64,000 bases of DNA from the human T2T-CHM13v2.0 reference genome, Homo sapiens. Of this stretch, positions 43,056 to 58,067 are shown piece by piece. Numbering within the stretch: the stretch's first letter is position 1; every line of letters starts with the position of its first letter. The position numbers and the translations under genes were made by a program. The DNA is taken from NCBI RefSeq assembly GCF_009914755.1, contig NC_060932.1, one strand, 5' to 3'. The notes under the pieces were generated by a model, which saw only the letters and a program-made list of their open reading frames with translations, did not search any database and was not told the DNA's origin.

Positions 43056-46000
43056 CACAGCTTAAAAATTAAGAAGTCTGATTAATTCTAGAAGAGAAGA
43101 TTATCCTTCCCTAGAAGTGAATTATTTATTCCAGTTGCATCTTTCTTGTGTTGCTAAAGCCCTCAGTATGTTTCTTTCCTTACGTGTCCTATGTCCTCGT
43201 ACAAGACTGAGAATGGATTCATAGAGCCCAAGAATATTTCTGGCACCAACATGTCCTTCAAACACCAGGCACATGATAGAGGCTGAAAAACATAATTGCT
43301 GAGTAACTGAATAAAAAGAGGCAATTGACTCAATAAAGCCATTTTATAACTGTGGACCTTAACAATTCAAGGCAGAAATGGGTCTGCATTGAGATTTTGC
43401 AAATAAAGCAGAGATTCCCTTACCAGGCTAAAGAAGAGGATGCTGGAGCCACAATGTCAGCAGCTGTTGTGTCCTGGGTCACTTGCCCATTTTGCACAGT
43501 GGTATGAGTGCATGTACATCACTCTTCTCTCTCTTTACCAGCTCCCTTATTTGTAAAGCAAGCCCCATAACCTCTTCAGTGACCTTCAAGGGAAGTTGCT
43601 TGACGAATGAGACCATTCACTTGAGACATTCTCCATCCCCAAAGGAAAGGGCTACTCTATGGGAAGATACATGACTCCACTGCCCACTCATTCAGGTAAA
43701 GACAGAGCTTGTGCCTTCCTGCCCCACAGAGACATCAGGCACTAGTTTCTCTTTTACAAGAGTTGCTACAACATTTGCTTAAATATGCTACAGAGCAAAT
43801 AAAGAGGCCCAAGAAGAGAAGATTAGTACAATTCTATGAGTGCACAATGTCCAAAGACTCCTTTCCACTTTTCATTTCACCTTCCCCTCCTCTCCCTATA
43901 AAGCTAAATCTTTCTTTTCTCTTTCCTCCCTACTCCATCCCTACCCACTCTCAAGTCCAAAGGGATGTGGAGAAAATAGACACAATAAGGCTGAACTTCA
44001 GGCACCAGAAAAAAAGACAGCCATGTTTCTCTAACTTCATATCCAGAAATACCAAAAGCATAAAGTTGCAATATACAAGGAATTCTCAAAATCTCCACTG
44101 AGCTGCAGAGAAGGCTGGGGCAGAAGGGAGGCAAGGGAGTAGTGGGAAAAGGCAGGGAAAAAAGAGATTCCCAACCAGGACATGGAGCAATGAAGGGTAC
44201 CATTGCCAATAGTGAGTTTGGTCTTCCCAAGAGGAATAAGACAACCCACCCGCTAGCTAGCCCAGGACAGCACTGAGGTGTGGACTCATCCTTCATTGAC
44301 AGCATGCACAATTTCCCTTTCAGCACTTCCTCTGCAGGGAAGTCTGTCTCTTCCACCACGTGGCTCATTCCCTCATGCTCTTTTCTCCTCTATAAAAATG
44401 CGCTCTCAGGAAAGGATTTGACAAACTACCTCCTGATGAGTTAAAATGAGTTTCCACTCCTAAATATACTGGTTTTTCAGCTCAGATTAAAGCTTAATGT
44501 GAAAGAAATTCATCTCAAATTTTAGACTTTCAGGGAAAAACATGGGACTTGATTTCAAAGTAGAAGAGGATATCTGAAATCAGGGCCAACTGACAAATTC
44601 AGAAGTTCTGGCAGCTGCAGCCATCAGCCACAGGGGAGGGAGTTTCTGCTTGGAAGTGGGGAGCACCTTCCAGGACCTCTGAGGTTGCACTGACTGAGGA
44701 GCTGCTCAAGCAGCTTCTCCACTCCCATCACATCCACCGTATTCACAAGTGTACATAGTCACACACATGTGCATGCACACACGCACACACTGAGCAGGCA
44801 AGCCTCTGCTCCAGGCAGAAACAGTATCCCACAAGGAAGAAGTCTGAAGGGGGCATCCCACAGAGCACCACCAAAAGCTGCCCAGCCCTCCAGGTGCCAG
44901 CGGAAACATCCTTCCTTCAGACACAAGTCATGTCACAGGATGTGGCTGTTGCTAAGTAACAGTGACTCCCCCTCCCTGTAGGCCTCGGGGTCCCCAGTAC
45001 CCCCCCCAACCCTGGAGAAGGAGAGTAAACAAGCTGGGAAATGCCACCAGTGTGCTCTCAAAGCTCCTGTCCTGGGCAGGCAGGCACCTGTCCTCTCTGC
45101 CTTAGTGAGCTGTTGGGGGTAAGGGGTGGGCCTTAGGGGGCCAGGGGGATTGCCAAGGGTGGCACAGTGGATCAAAGGTGCTGGTGACAGCAGAGTACTC
45201 CTTCCAGCAGTCCCTCACTCCACACCCCCTCAGATAATGCCCGAAGTAAGCTGTCTGCAACATTCTGGGTGCTTAGAATTATAAGACAATTATCAAAAAG
45301 ACAACACTGGATTTGAACTCGGGGGGATGGTTGATGCCAATTGGGGTAGGGGGTGGAGGGGCCCAAAGGAGATTTTGCTTGTCTTTAGTTTTTGTTTTTA
45401 GTTTTTGTCAGCTGTTTTGGAATTTAAAGGGAAAGAAGTGCTATTCCACACAGCCCTTAACAAAACACAGACCACTAGAGCCGTCAGCAGGGTTCAGTCA
45501 GCTCAACCCTCTGTGGACCAGCACAGCAGAAACCATGGCCTCCAGGATTCTAAATAATCAGGGCTTGTCAGTACCAATAAGCCTCAGTCTCTGAAGCCCC
45601 AAGAGGTTAAAAAAAAATTATCCATGCAAGGTGACAGAGAGATTTAGATGAAGAATCCTTGGGAGGAACAAAGGGGGCAACTGCAGCTTTGAGGGATGTG
45701 TTGCCTTCAGCCCATCTGAGAAGCCCCCTGTGTCACCTGATTGGCAACCCAAGTCCCAAATCAGCATTCCTTGGATGCACTGCCACATGTGCACAGAAAA
45801 GATAATGCTAATGTTGCTTCCTATTTGTTTTTCTGGCTACAAAAATGCCCACTTATCAGGATTTAATGGCTCTCAGAAATAAAGCTATTTTAAAACATTA
45901 TACAAAATGCAAATGAGTCACCGAAAGCTGTTGCCATGACCTTTCCTGTGGCAGGGCAGATGTTTCCAAATCAACGACAGCCTTCTGTGATGGCCCCACT

Positions 46001-48539
46001 CAGTGCAGGGATTCCCTGACTTGGCCGTGGAATGCTCATCCCTCACCCTGGCTTTGGGGAGTGAAAGACCCCAAAATGGTGCATGGGTCCCTTGTTTTAC
46101 AGAGGAGTCTCTGTGACCTTACTAGGCAAGATGGCTTCTCCTTCAAGAGGTTGATTCCTCAGTCTACCCATCTCTGATGACAAAGCTAGGTCATCCAGCA
46201 ACAAAGGAGCCCCCACACCTGCCTGCCATGCTCTGCCCATGGAAGATCTAGATTCACAGGATCTGGTCAAACAAGGTCACCCCACAAAGTAGTCCCAGAG
46301 GATCTTAAAATGGTTTCACTTCATCAGCGGTTAGGACATGTGACCTTTTGGAGAACGTCCGTCCTCCTCACTATTTTTAACTTCTATTGTTTTTGATGAT
46401 GTAAATTCCATTCAGACAACCTGAGCTTTCCACCCTGGGATGCTGGTGAGAGGGGGTGAGGACCTTAATTAACATTAACAGAGTAAGCCCAGCGTGCGTG
46501 ATCCTGTTCAACTCTCACCACAAACCTACTGCTCCCATTTGAGATTAGGGAAAAGGGAAGATGATGAGTGACTCTGTGGGATTTGAGCTGCATTTTCTCC
46601 TATCAGAGGTCCTTTCCGCCAGGAACACACACTCAAGCACACACTCATCTTGCTGCTTCTTTTCTGTAACTTCCGCCCCAGACACTACTCCCTATAAAAC
46701 ACTCAGACCTGTTGTCAGCCTCTTTCATGGCTTAAGTTCTGAGCACTCAGCACCCCAGTGAATGCCTGCTGTGCCCAGTGCTCCTCCAGAGGCAGAACTG
46801 GTGCCACCCAGTATTGCACCCACACTGGCCACACCCGTCACGTCCAGCTGTGGAGATCAGCACTGGGCATTCTTTTGCAGAGAAGAACCTCCTGGCAAGA
46901 GTTAACTTTGGGGCTCACCTGAAGATGGTGGGTGGTGGCTATTTAGTGGGTTCTGAAGAAAGTGTTTGTTTTGGTTAACAAATGGATATAATGTATACTG
47001 GGAGTAAATGTCAGCATTCACCTTAACCCTTTCCTACTTCCCCAGTGGAATGATCCACCTGCCTCGAATCTCACAGTTGGGTCTCTGGCACACCCAGAGA
47101 AGAGCAGTCCCTAAACTACACACATGCATCTTTCCCTTGCTTCCCCTTCTCTCTCACCCACAGGTGAAAATTATGAAAATTCTGCTTTATACTTAGAATG
47201 TGTTTCTCTGTAGCCCTCTCAGGGCAGGTAAGCATACCCAATTTAAGCACAATTTATTGATGGTTACACTTTTGCACCTGGATGGTTTCTGGCTATTGGA
47301 ATTTATTTTAGTAGTTTTATCTGAACAGTGGCCCAAGCCCTTTCCTAATTATAACTCTTGGTCTGAGCTGATTGGACTGCAGCAGGCGTGGTTTCGGACA
47401 TGGCTTATTTTAGTAAACAACATCAAAGAAGGCAGTGATGGCTGGATTCAGAATTCAATGGAAGAAAAATGCCTCTCCCTCTTCCAATTTTCCTACTGAT
47501 TTCCAGTCTGTAGCACATGGCGCACTCCAGAATGTCAGGGAAGGGCAGGTGAAAGCCCCCCCAAAATGCACATATGCTGGCCAGTCCTCCACGGGCTGTA
47601 TTTGTTGGTACCTCACCCAGGAACTGTCCAATATAACCCCTGCAACATCTGGAGAAGGCATTCAGACATCCAGGGACAAAGCTAGATGCTTGCCTCTCTG
47701 TCTATTCCTGGCCTTCAGAGTTCTAGCTCTCCCTGGTGGATCTCTGGCTTCCTCCTGGGCAAACATAATTGACCCCTTGAGTCCCTGCCCACGTGTCCCC
47801 TCCCATAGTACACATACAAACTCTTGTCCAGATGTGTGTGCTCAAATCAAATGTACCACTGGACTGCATCTTGCCTTTACCCAGGACCAACCCCCCAGGT
47901 GTGGTGACTGCAGGTTTAAGACAAGCGCATGTTGAGGGGGAGACAACAGACGAGCTGATAAGCTTGTTGTTGTTACAGGGGAATTGGTTGAAAAGAAAGA
48001 GTTAATAAGCATGGGTGCAAAAGGAACTGACAGTCAATACAGCATATTGGTGCTTGCAGCCACCCCCCTACCATCTTGGCAACAAAAATACCAGTTATTG
48101 CCTACAGGATTTCCAAATTGGAAAGAACAGTGGGAAAGCAGGCTAGAGTGTGTGTGGGGTGTGGTATCTTCATGGGCCATGGGGGTGGTGGGTGTGTGAA
48201 CTGACAGAGTCAGCGCTTCAGCCCCAGGGCACCGCCAAGCCCAGGATGGAAGCTGAAATGCAACTGAGGTCATGCTACTCCCCCAGGAAGTACAAGTTCT
48301 GCCCACAGTGCCCGGGCCGGTCAGGCAGTAAGACGATGGAGGAGGTCATTGGTCCGCCCTTCTGTGCATCCATCTGGCCCAGGACCCAACCCCCCTGAGA
48401 CTTTCCTTGTAGGTGTCCACGATTGTGTTGAATTAGAAGAGCTCTGTACCAAGGGGAGGCCAACAAGTGATGTGGGAATGGGAAAGACGACGGATATGTC
48501 ATGGCCTTGAAAATGGCTATTAACCCACTAGACCAAGGG

Positions 48540-48670
48540 TGGCGACAGGCTGTTCTCCACCAGCACCACAGAAGAGGAAATGGGCTTAGCTATAGTAAAG
48601 GGATTGGGCTTGTAGAATTAAATCTGAAAATAATGTGAATTGTGGAACTCACTCCTTAGTGAAAGCAGGG
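48540..48670 (+). mobile_element. Possible L3/CR1 fragment
   Basis: agaagaggaaatgggcttagct...gggattgggcttg. Confidence 0.35.
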
Positions 48671-48681
48671 GGAAAGAAATA

Positions 48682-49419
48682 CAGTTGACCTTTGAACAGG
48701 TTTGAACTGCAATGACCCGCTTATTTTCTTATTTTCTTCTGTCCCTGCCCCTCCTGAGACAGCAAGACCAACCCCTCCTATGCCTCCTCAACACGAAGAC
48801 AATGAAGATGAAGACCTTTATGATAATCCCTTCACTTAATGAATAGTAAATATAAATAGTATATACATTTTCTTTTTCTTATGATCTTTTGTTTGTTTTT
48901 GAGACAGGGTTTCACTCTGTGGCCCAGGCTGGAATGCTTTGTGGCATGATCATAGCTCCATAGCCTCCTGGGCTCAAGTGATCCTCCTACCTCAGCTTCC
49001 CCAGTAGATGCAACTATAGGCAGGCGCCACCATGCCTGGATACTTTTTTAAAACATTTTTGTAGAGATGAGGTCTCGCTGTGTTGCTCAGACTGGTCTCG
49101 AGCTCCTGGGCTCAAGAAATCCTACCACCTCAGCCTCCAAAGTGCTGGGGTTATAGGCATGAGCCACTGCACCCGGCCTGCTTATGATCTTCTTCATAGT
49201 ATTTTCTTTTCTCTAGCTTACTTTATAATAAGAAAACAGTATATAATACACAGAACATACAAAATATGTGTGATTTGACTGTTGATGTTATTGGTAAGGC
49301 TTCTGATCAGTAGTAGGCTATTAGTAGTTAAGTTTCTGGGAAGTCAAAATTTATTCATGTATTTTCGACTGTGCAAGGGGTTGGCACCCTTAACCCCTTC
49401 ATTGTTCACAGATGGACTG
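48682..49419 (+). mobile_element. Tigger2a/MER28-like TcMar DNA transposon, interrupted by an Alu
   Basis: TA-flanked TIRs cagttgacctttgaaca ... tgttcacagatggactg; ctgagacagcaagaccaacccctcc, gatgaagacctttatgat. Confidence 0.9.
48889..49178 (-). mobile_element. AluJ inside Tigger2
   Basis: TSD cttatgatctt at 48878-48888 and 49181-49191. Confidence 0.9.
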
Positions 49420-49494
49420 TATTACGAATCTGGCAGCCTGGGATGGTTTAAGGAAAGTTATTCCCAGAGGGAGAAGCATTACCTAAAAGACTCT

Positions 49495-49914
49495 TGTTAC
49501 AGGGTGAATTGTATCCTCTCTGAATTCACATGTTAATATCCTAGCCTCCACTCCTTCAGAATGCAACTTTATTTAGAAAGAAGGTCTTGACCCAGGTGTC
49601 AAATTAAAACGAGACCATTAGGGTGGGCTGTAATCTAAAATGACTCATGTTCTTATAAAAATGGAAATCTGGACACAGTGACAGACACGCATAGAGGGAA
49701 GATGCGGTGAAGACCCACAGGGAGGAGATGGCCGTCTACAAGCCAAGAACCGTGGTCAGGGGCAGATCCTTCCCTCACAGCCCTCAGAAGGACCCAGCCC
49801 TGCAGGCACCTTGACCTTGAACTTCCAGCCTTCAGAACTGGAGACAATAAATTTCTGTTGTTGAAACACCCTGGTATGCGGTACTTCATTACGACTGCAC
49901 TAGTAACTAATACA
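49495..49914 (+). mobile_element. MaLR solo LTR (MLT1B-like)
   Basis: tgttacagggtgaattgt start; cagatccttccctcacagccctcagaagg; aataaatttctgttg; ctaataca end. Confidence 0.9.
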
Positions 49915-51702
49915 ATAGTTAACGATCCTCTGTGTGGCTGTGAAGTCCCCAGGAATACATGAAAGGTATCTTCTTATGTTTCATCCCCAGGAAGGCTGGA
50001 ACGATTGGCTGCTGAAAAAGGTGCCCTCTTGCTGAACTCTGCCCTCTGAAGACAGGAGCTAATTTAATTCAGCACCATGCCTGGACATAGTACGTACTTA
50101 GGCAAGTCATTTTGTTCTCCACTGTTGAAAAGCTTTTTAACTCCTTTTTTATTTAAATGCTAAAAAAATGAAAGAAACAAAACCACAGATGTGTTTGAAC
50201 ACATTCAAAATTTTTACTTCTGTTTAGACATGGAACTATAAACATATGCGTGTGTGTGTGTGTAGAGGGAAACAGAGACAGAGAGAGACGGAGTAGGGAG
50301 ACAGAGAAAGACGGAGAGAGTTTTCTCCCAAGACTTTCAGTGGGTGGCAGAGAAAAAAATCAGCATCACACCAGCATTATAGCTGCTGTTTGGAACTATT
50401 TATAGAGCTGGCCACGGTCATGTCAGATCTTTAAAAGAAGCAAAACACCTGGGCGCATTCCAAAAGCAGGGAGAGGGAACCCAAGTCCCGACACACTGAA
50501 CAGTGGAAAGCTGCATCCATACAGAAGTCATAATTTACATTTGCTAAACCAAACCTGGAGCCTCCGAGGATTTTAGGGAGCTCATTCTGGCACCCAGAGT
50601 AATGAAAGAATAACACAATAGCCACTGAATTTTCAAGCCTTAAAAAAGCTCTACAATGAATGAATGAATGGCTTCCAATGGCAGAAAACATATAGCGGCT
50701 CCTCAGCAAAGGGCCTCCAAGTGGCCAGTGGTCAACCGTCAATCATGAAAGCCAGTATCATTGAACGGAAGTCGAGGGGTGGCCTGAAACATTTCAGAAG
50801 GGGCAAAGTTAGGGCCAAAACCTGTCCCCCCAGTCCTCACTTGAAGTCAGGTGGCTCCCCCTCCTTGCCCCATCTCACAGATGATGGTGTTAAGAATGAA
50901 TTAAACAAAAATATTTAAACTTATAGAACACTGGGGACATCTGCACTAAAAGAAAAAAAACACTATTTCTACAATATTTCACAGATCTAAAGCAAGTGTG
51001 TCCTATTTTCAGTAAAACCAATACATTTAAAAATTCTGATTTGAAACCAGATATATCAGAAGTAAGTTGTCCAACTTAGAAAAATGGGTTCACTCCACAC
51101 AGGCCAAGGCCTCTATTTTATACTCAGCAGGGAATGTCTAGCACATAGCCCAAGACCTGACATGCTACATATCCTCAAAATATATTTGTTGTATAAGAAA
51201 ATTATCTCTGTTAAGTAGCCCGTTCCCCTGGTGCACTCAATGTACCACAGAATTTACAAACATTTCCTTCCCATGGCACCGTTCTCGCCACGCAAGGTGC
51301 GGCAGGTGAGAGAAACCAGAGATGCAGCTCTGGCCTCGGAGGCCTGTTTCCTGGGAGATGCCCCCTCCTCTGGGCCCATCGTCTCTGCTGAGTGTTTTTC
51401 CAGCATCCCAGGCATCTCCAGCCCCATGTTCTATTAGCATTGAGTGGGCAGGGCTGCTTTTTTGTTTTAAGAAACTGCTTCCTGGCTTTCCAATGACAAT
51501 TCTAAAGAAGAGAGGGCAGCTGATTTCCATTCTGGCTGTGGCTTTGCTACTGACTAGCACTTGGGGAGTCTACCCTGTCTGTGGCTTCCTGGAAGCTAAT
51601 GAAGTTCAGGGCAGCATGCAAACGAGGACAGGCAATGCACTGTGCCTGATGCTGTCTCCACAGCACACCCATGTCTACCTCTTTGTTCCAAAATATTTGT
51701 TT

Positions 51703-52008
<306 letters not shown>

Positions 52009-52199
52009 ACGTTTGTTTCCATCCCCAAAACATTTGTTATTTCCATGTGAATCAGGGAGGAGTAAAAAACGGTTCCACACAAAGCCTTCTGATGGGCTTC
52101 TAGGAAATCCATGCCAGGACGGATCCATAGTAAAACACTCACTTCCTAAAAAGGGGAACGACTCAGAGGCAACTGGGTCTCATTTTCTTTCTGTAATTT

Positions 52200-53100
<901 letters not shown>

Positions 53101-53129
53101 TTATTATTGTTATTGTTGGAATTCTTATT

Positions 53130-53320
53130 GGTGATAAGTGCTTGCCTTGAATCATCTCCCTTCACCACAAAATGCCTATGAGGTAGGCCATGTTGTCCTC
53201 ATTCTGAGAGGAAGAAACGAGGTACAACCAAGTAACTTGCAGAAGGCCAAACCTCTAACTTCAGAGCCGGGACTCCACGCTTGGCTCCAAAGCTACCCAC
53301 CTGACTATGATACTATGCTA
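53130..53320 (-). mobile_element. MIR
   Basis: cctatgaggtaggc...cattctgagaggaagaaacgagg...aagtaacttgc. Confidence 0.65.
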
Positions 53321-53658
53321 ATTACTCAGGGAGTTAAACATCCTTCCATGTATTTTTAGCTGTTATATTTCTCTTTCTCTGAACTATAGTAAATTTATTT
53401 TCTGTGTGGAAAACACCCCCCAGAATGTTGAATGTTTTCACACTCTACGCTTGTGCCGAGATTCACACATCACCCCCTAACTCCTCCTCAGCTCAGCCCA
53501 ACCCAAACAACCGCCCAACTCCCCACACCATTAAGTATGACACAGCGTCTTCCCTGTAGGTTAAGAAACATTTAAACTGGTTTCGTCTAACCTCTCTTGA
53601 GACTACTTAGAATGTTCTGGAATTTATGTAAGCCTTGATTGAAAAATACCAGTTCACT

Positions 53659-53950
53659 GGCTGGGCATGGTTGCTGATGCACTGTAATCTCAGTGCTTTG
53701 AGAGGCCGAACTGGGAGGATCGTTTGAGGCCAGGAGTTCAAGATCAGCCTGAGTAACATAGCGAGTCCCCATCTCTACAAAAATTTGTAGAAACAAAAAA
53801 ATATTAGCCACGCATGGTGGTGCACACCTGTGGTCCTGGCTACTGGGGAGGCTGAGGCAGGAGAATCACCTGAGCCCAGGAGGTAGAGGTTTCAGTGAGC
53901 TGTGAGACACCACTGCACTCCAGCCTGGGCAACAGAGCAAGACTCTGTCA
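53659..53950 (+). mobile_element. AluJ with a tail expanded into a purine STR
   Basis: TSD gaaaaataccagttc (53641-53655) / gaataatatcagttc (54195-54209) brackets the Alu plus the STR. Confidence 0.9.
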
Positions 53951-53997
53951 AAAGAAAGAAAGAGAGAGAGAAAGAAAGGAAGAAAAAGAAGAAAGAG

Positions 53998-54064
<67 letters not shown>

Positions 54065-54103
54065 GGAAGGAAGGAAGGGGAGAGAGAGAGACAGAAAGAA
54101 ACG

Positions 54104-54170
<67 letters not shown>

Positions 54171-54197
54171 AAAGAAAAGAGAGAGAGAAAGAAAGAA
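53950..54197. repeat. Complex (GAAA)16-spacer-(GAAA)17 purine microsatellite
   Basis: GAAA blocks at 53999-54062 and 54105-54172, with GGAA and GA units between. Confidence 0.95.
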
Positions 54198-55900
54198 TAA
54201 TATCAGTTCCTTGTCAAAGCAGCAATACTTAGGAGCAACTGTATGGGGACTGATAACATGGATCAGCTTGAAAAAACAGCTCTCCCCAAAGCCCACGGTA
54301 TCAGAACACCCATTCTTTTCCTTGTAGGAGGTGCAGCGCGAAGTTGATTGTATTTTTTCCATACAGAGATGGGAATAGCTCGGCCCAACAGTTCCCAAGA
54401 CAATGTAGTGTTTAAGTGCACAGTCAGGCCAGCCACTCTCCATCACCGCCACTCCTCAGAAGCCTGAGGACACATGCCACCACCTCCCCCATGTAGCGCG
54501 CAGAATCACCTGGAAGGATGAGAGCCCCAGAAAGCCTGCCCAGGGCCTAATTAGAGGACACCCTTTCACCCAACATCAATCCCTGCACCAACAGCTGAAG
54601 GAAAGGTGAGGAGGGAGGGTATTTCTTTCCTTTGAAATCACCTGCTTGTCCAGGAGTTCATGCCTCAGAAAAGTTCTGCAGAATCATAAACCAGCCTTGT
54701 GGCTGCCTCGGAGCTCATTCTGCAACTCACAGCTGATCATTCACTTGATTCAGCTCAGGTTAGAGAGATCGATAGGGTTTTCCCACAAATCACTTGATTA
54801 GTATGAGAAATCTATGTTTCTGCTCTTCCAAGCATTGCAGGAATTTTGGGTTCCCTTTAAATCTGTCTCAATATTATGGTTCTAGAAGCTTTCAGAGTTT
54901 CCTTTCCAGGATTTATTTTTCTGAAGGTGCTACCCTGGCAACGCTACCTTGTTCCTCTCCGGTGTCTTTCTTCCAAAGAACGCAAAAACCCTGGCCGGCA
55001 ATATTTGGAAGGAAGTGCTGGAGCTGTGAAAGTCGGACACAGGTATTGTAGCTTTCTTACTTACCAACCCAGAAGCTCTGCAGCAAGCAGCAGCACAGGT
55101 TACCCATGACCTGGCCACCCCAGCCCCCTGGCCTGGCACACCGGGAGAGAGAACCCCTACATGCCTGCTGCCACCACCACCACCAGCAGCGGCTTTTATC
55201 ACTTGCCATAAATCCTGGAACACTTTGTATGTTACAGGCAATACGCTAGACGCTTGGCACCTGCACTCCATCTAATCCCCCCCCATGAGACAGGTACCAG
55301 GTGTTTCAGAGCTGGGGACAGTGGGACTTTGAGCAGCCTCCTGGACTATTTGAGAGAAATCTGTGGAGTTACCTTGGATTAGATCAACTTCGGTTCGCTA
55401 TAGCTCTGTGCTCCCACGTTCTCTATTTCATCCCAAAAAGACCACCGGGAGTCAGATGTGAAGAAAAGATGTGTGAGTTCTCTTCCCTGCTTAATCCTGA
55501 GCCACAAACTCCTTATTGCCGTTATCACTCTGGCACTCAACCTTGCCGTCTAAGTGAACCCAGTGTGCTGGACCCTTTGCAACAGGAAGAGTTCCCTCTC
55601 AGAGAAATTGACAGACCCAGGGCCAATTGCACATCATGAGGCCAAAGCCATTCCGGGCTGTGCTGATGGTGCACTGACATAAACAGGTCCCTTGGCACCC
55701 TTGCTGAGGCTCCCTGAGCAAATGCTGTGTGTCCCTTCAGCCTCAGTTCCCACCCTCAGTCCTGGGCAGAGCAGTCTCCACAAAAAGTCATTCTCCAGGT
55801 ATGTGACCTTGGACGGTTCTCTTTTCCAAAACCCCAAGGCAGTTTCCTTCCTGACAAGTCACATGTTCCCTAGTCTGTTTTCCTATTTCTTTTCCTGTAG

Positions 55901-56115
55901 ACATGGAAATAGAACCATTAGGTGTTCCATTTCGTCATGGTTCACACCAGCATTTCCCTCTTCCCGGACTACCTGGAATGTCGAACCCCTCTCCAGGAAG
56001 TCTCTTCCTCTCCTTGCCTCCCCTTCTCCCTCCTGGATGTCTGAGAGGAAGACAGCAAAGGATTCAGCTCCCACCTTCTGAGATCCACCCTCCCATTCAA
56101 ATCACACAACCGTAG
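55901..56115 (+). other. Candidate spliced exon (probably noncoding; contains a 70-aa ORF)
   Basis: Acceptor tttcctatttcttttcctgtag, branch-like ctgac at ~55851, donor TAG|GTAAGT. Confidence 0.35.
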
Positions 56116-57331
56116 GTAAGTCCCTTCTCTCTCCAAGACAGTTTCTTAAGGTAAAAGTTAGAGAAGGTGGCCTTCCTCTCACTGCCTCCTCCCTCATAGG
56201 AAGATACTTTTAAAAACAAAGCAAGAGATCTCGAAAGCAAAAAGCTTTAGGAGGAGAGAAAAAAGTGCCCTGATCTCCCCTAACTCCCCCTGAGCCCAGG
56301 CCAATGGACTCTTTATTGCCACCTGTCTGACTTCTGAGGAGGGTTATTACTCACTCTGGGCAACAACTCTTGTTTCTTTTCAATTCAATCCTACGAGAGC
56401 TACCTCCGCAGCAGCTCCAGGCCTGTAGGAATCTATGAGACTGTTTTTGAGGATCTCGATCCATGCCCTCATCCTGGCCTTATTAATTCAGTCATAACTC
56501 TCCAGAGCTCACAGAGCCCCTTTCGCAGTGAAAAGCTCAAGTGATAGCATCGGCAGAAACCTTTTAATTTTGATTTAGAGACGCAGCACAACTCTCTGTC
56601 ATTGTCTGGCATCCCTCTCGCTCTGTGTGCAGGGAGCATTTGTCTCCACCACCCGCTGGACTGAGGTCCTCGCTGTCCTGTCTCGAAGCTTGTGATCCAC
56701 CATGCTACTCTCTGAGAAAAATGAAGGCATCCAAGAGGGTCCCCCACCCCGCCTCACCCACCCCATCACATGGCCTCTGGCTACGGACTCCTCTTCCCCT
56801 GAGAGCTGTCCAAGAGGCCAGGCCTCACTCCCTCACCCACTCAAGGCCATTCTCACCTCCGCCCCCACCCATCATCTTTGTGCCCTGCCCACTGGCCCAT
56901 TTCCATCCAATACAAACATCCCGCTACTTTTCCCATTTTTAAATAACCAACACTAGCTTTCACCCCATGTATCCCTAGAGTTGACATTTCATTTTTTTTT
57001 TTGCACAGCTTTACAGCTCCACTCCTCCATGAAGCTGTTTGCATGCACTATCTCCAATGCCTCTCCTTGAACTCACTCCAAAGAGCCTCTCACCTCATCC
57101 TCCACCAAAGTGCTTTCATCAGCTCATCCACGGCCTCTACACTGCTCACGTGCAATTTTCAGTCCTCATCTTACTTCTTATGCCAGCAGGATTTGACCCA
57201 GCAGATCACTACTTTCTTCTGCAAAAATGCTTTGCTTAGTTTCTGAAGCAACCTCCTCTCCTGGTCCACCCCAATCTCCAGGCTGCTCCTGCTTCAGTCC
57301 CCATTGCTGGTTCCTCTCCAGTGTTCTGGAT

Positions 57332-57543
57332 CCAAGGTCAGCAAACCTATGGCCTATGGGTGGGTTTCCGGCTTTGTAAATAAAGTTTTATTGGAATACA
57401 GCCATGCTCCTTCATTTATATGTCCTCTATGGCTGCTTCCGTGCTGCAGCAGCAATGCTGAGTAGCTGCAGTAAACACTGTGCAGTCTGCAAAGCCTAAA
57501 ATATCTACTATCTGGCTCTTTAAGAAAGAGTTTGCAAACCCCA
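57332..57543 (+). mobile_element. MER58A (hAT-Charlie MITE)
   Basis: ggtcagcaaac...tttgtaaataaagttttattggaatacagcca...gtttgcaaacccc; 8-bp TSD ttctggat / tcctagat. Confidence 0.9.
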
Positions 57544-58067
57544 TCCTAGATCTATAAATACTGCCATTCTCAGGATCCGCCTTTCTACGTCCTGTCTGTC
57601 TACACTCACTCCCTAGGTGATCTCACAGACACCATGAAACTCTGATCACTCCCAGGGTTGTCTAGCTTAGAGCTCGTCTCTGAACTCCAGACCAAAACAC
57701 AACTATCTAGTGGGCATTTCACTAGAGCTCCAGCAACCCCCAAAACAAACTCGTTTCCTCCCTCTCTACTCCTCACAATTTCTAATTTGCTCCTTCTACA
57801 GTCTTTCCCACCATCTCAGGCCAAAAGCCTTGGAATCATCCTCGAACCCTCTAGTCTCTCAAACCCCACCTTCAACCCATCAGCAAATCCTGCCAGCTCT
57901 CCCTTCAAAGTACATCCAGGATCTGCCCTCTCCCTCTCCCTCCCCGCTGTTACCATCCGACCCGAGCCATCTCCCTTCTTGCCAGGACCAGTGCCTCCGA
58001 GGGCGCCTCTGCCTCCACAGAGCCCCACTCCACTGTACTGTCAACATAGCAACCAGAGTAACCTATT

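Noticed and set aside
53892-54452. K/E/R-rich and F/L/S-rich ORFs
   Set aside because: Translations of the GAAA microsatellite and the Alu.
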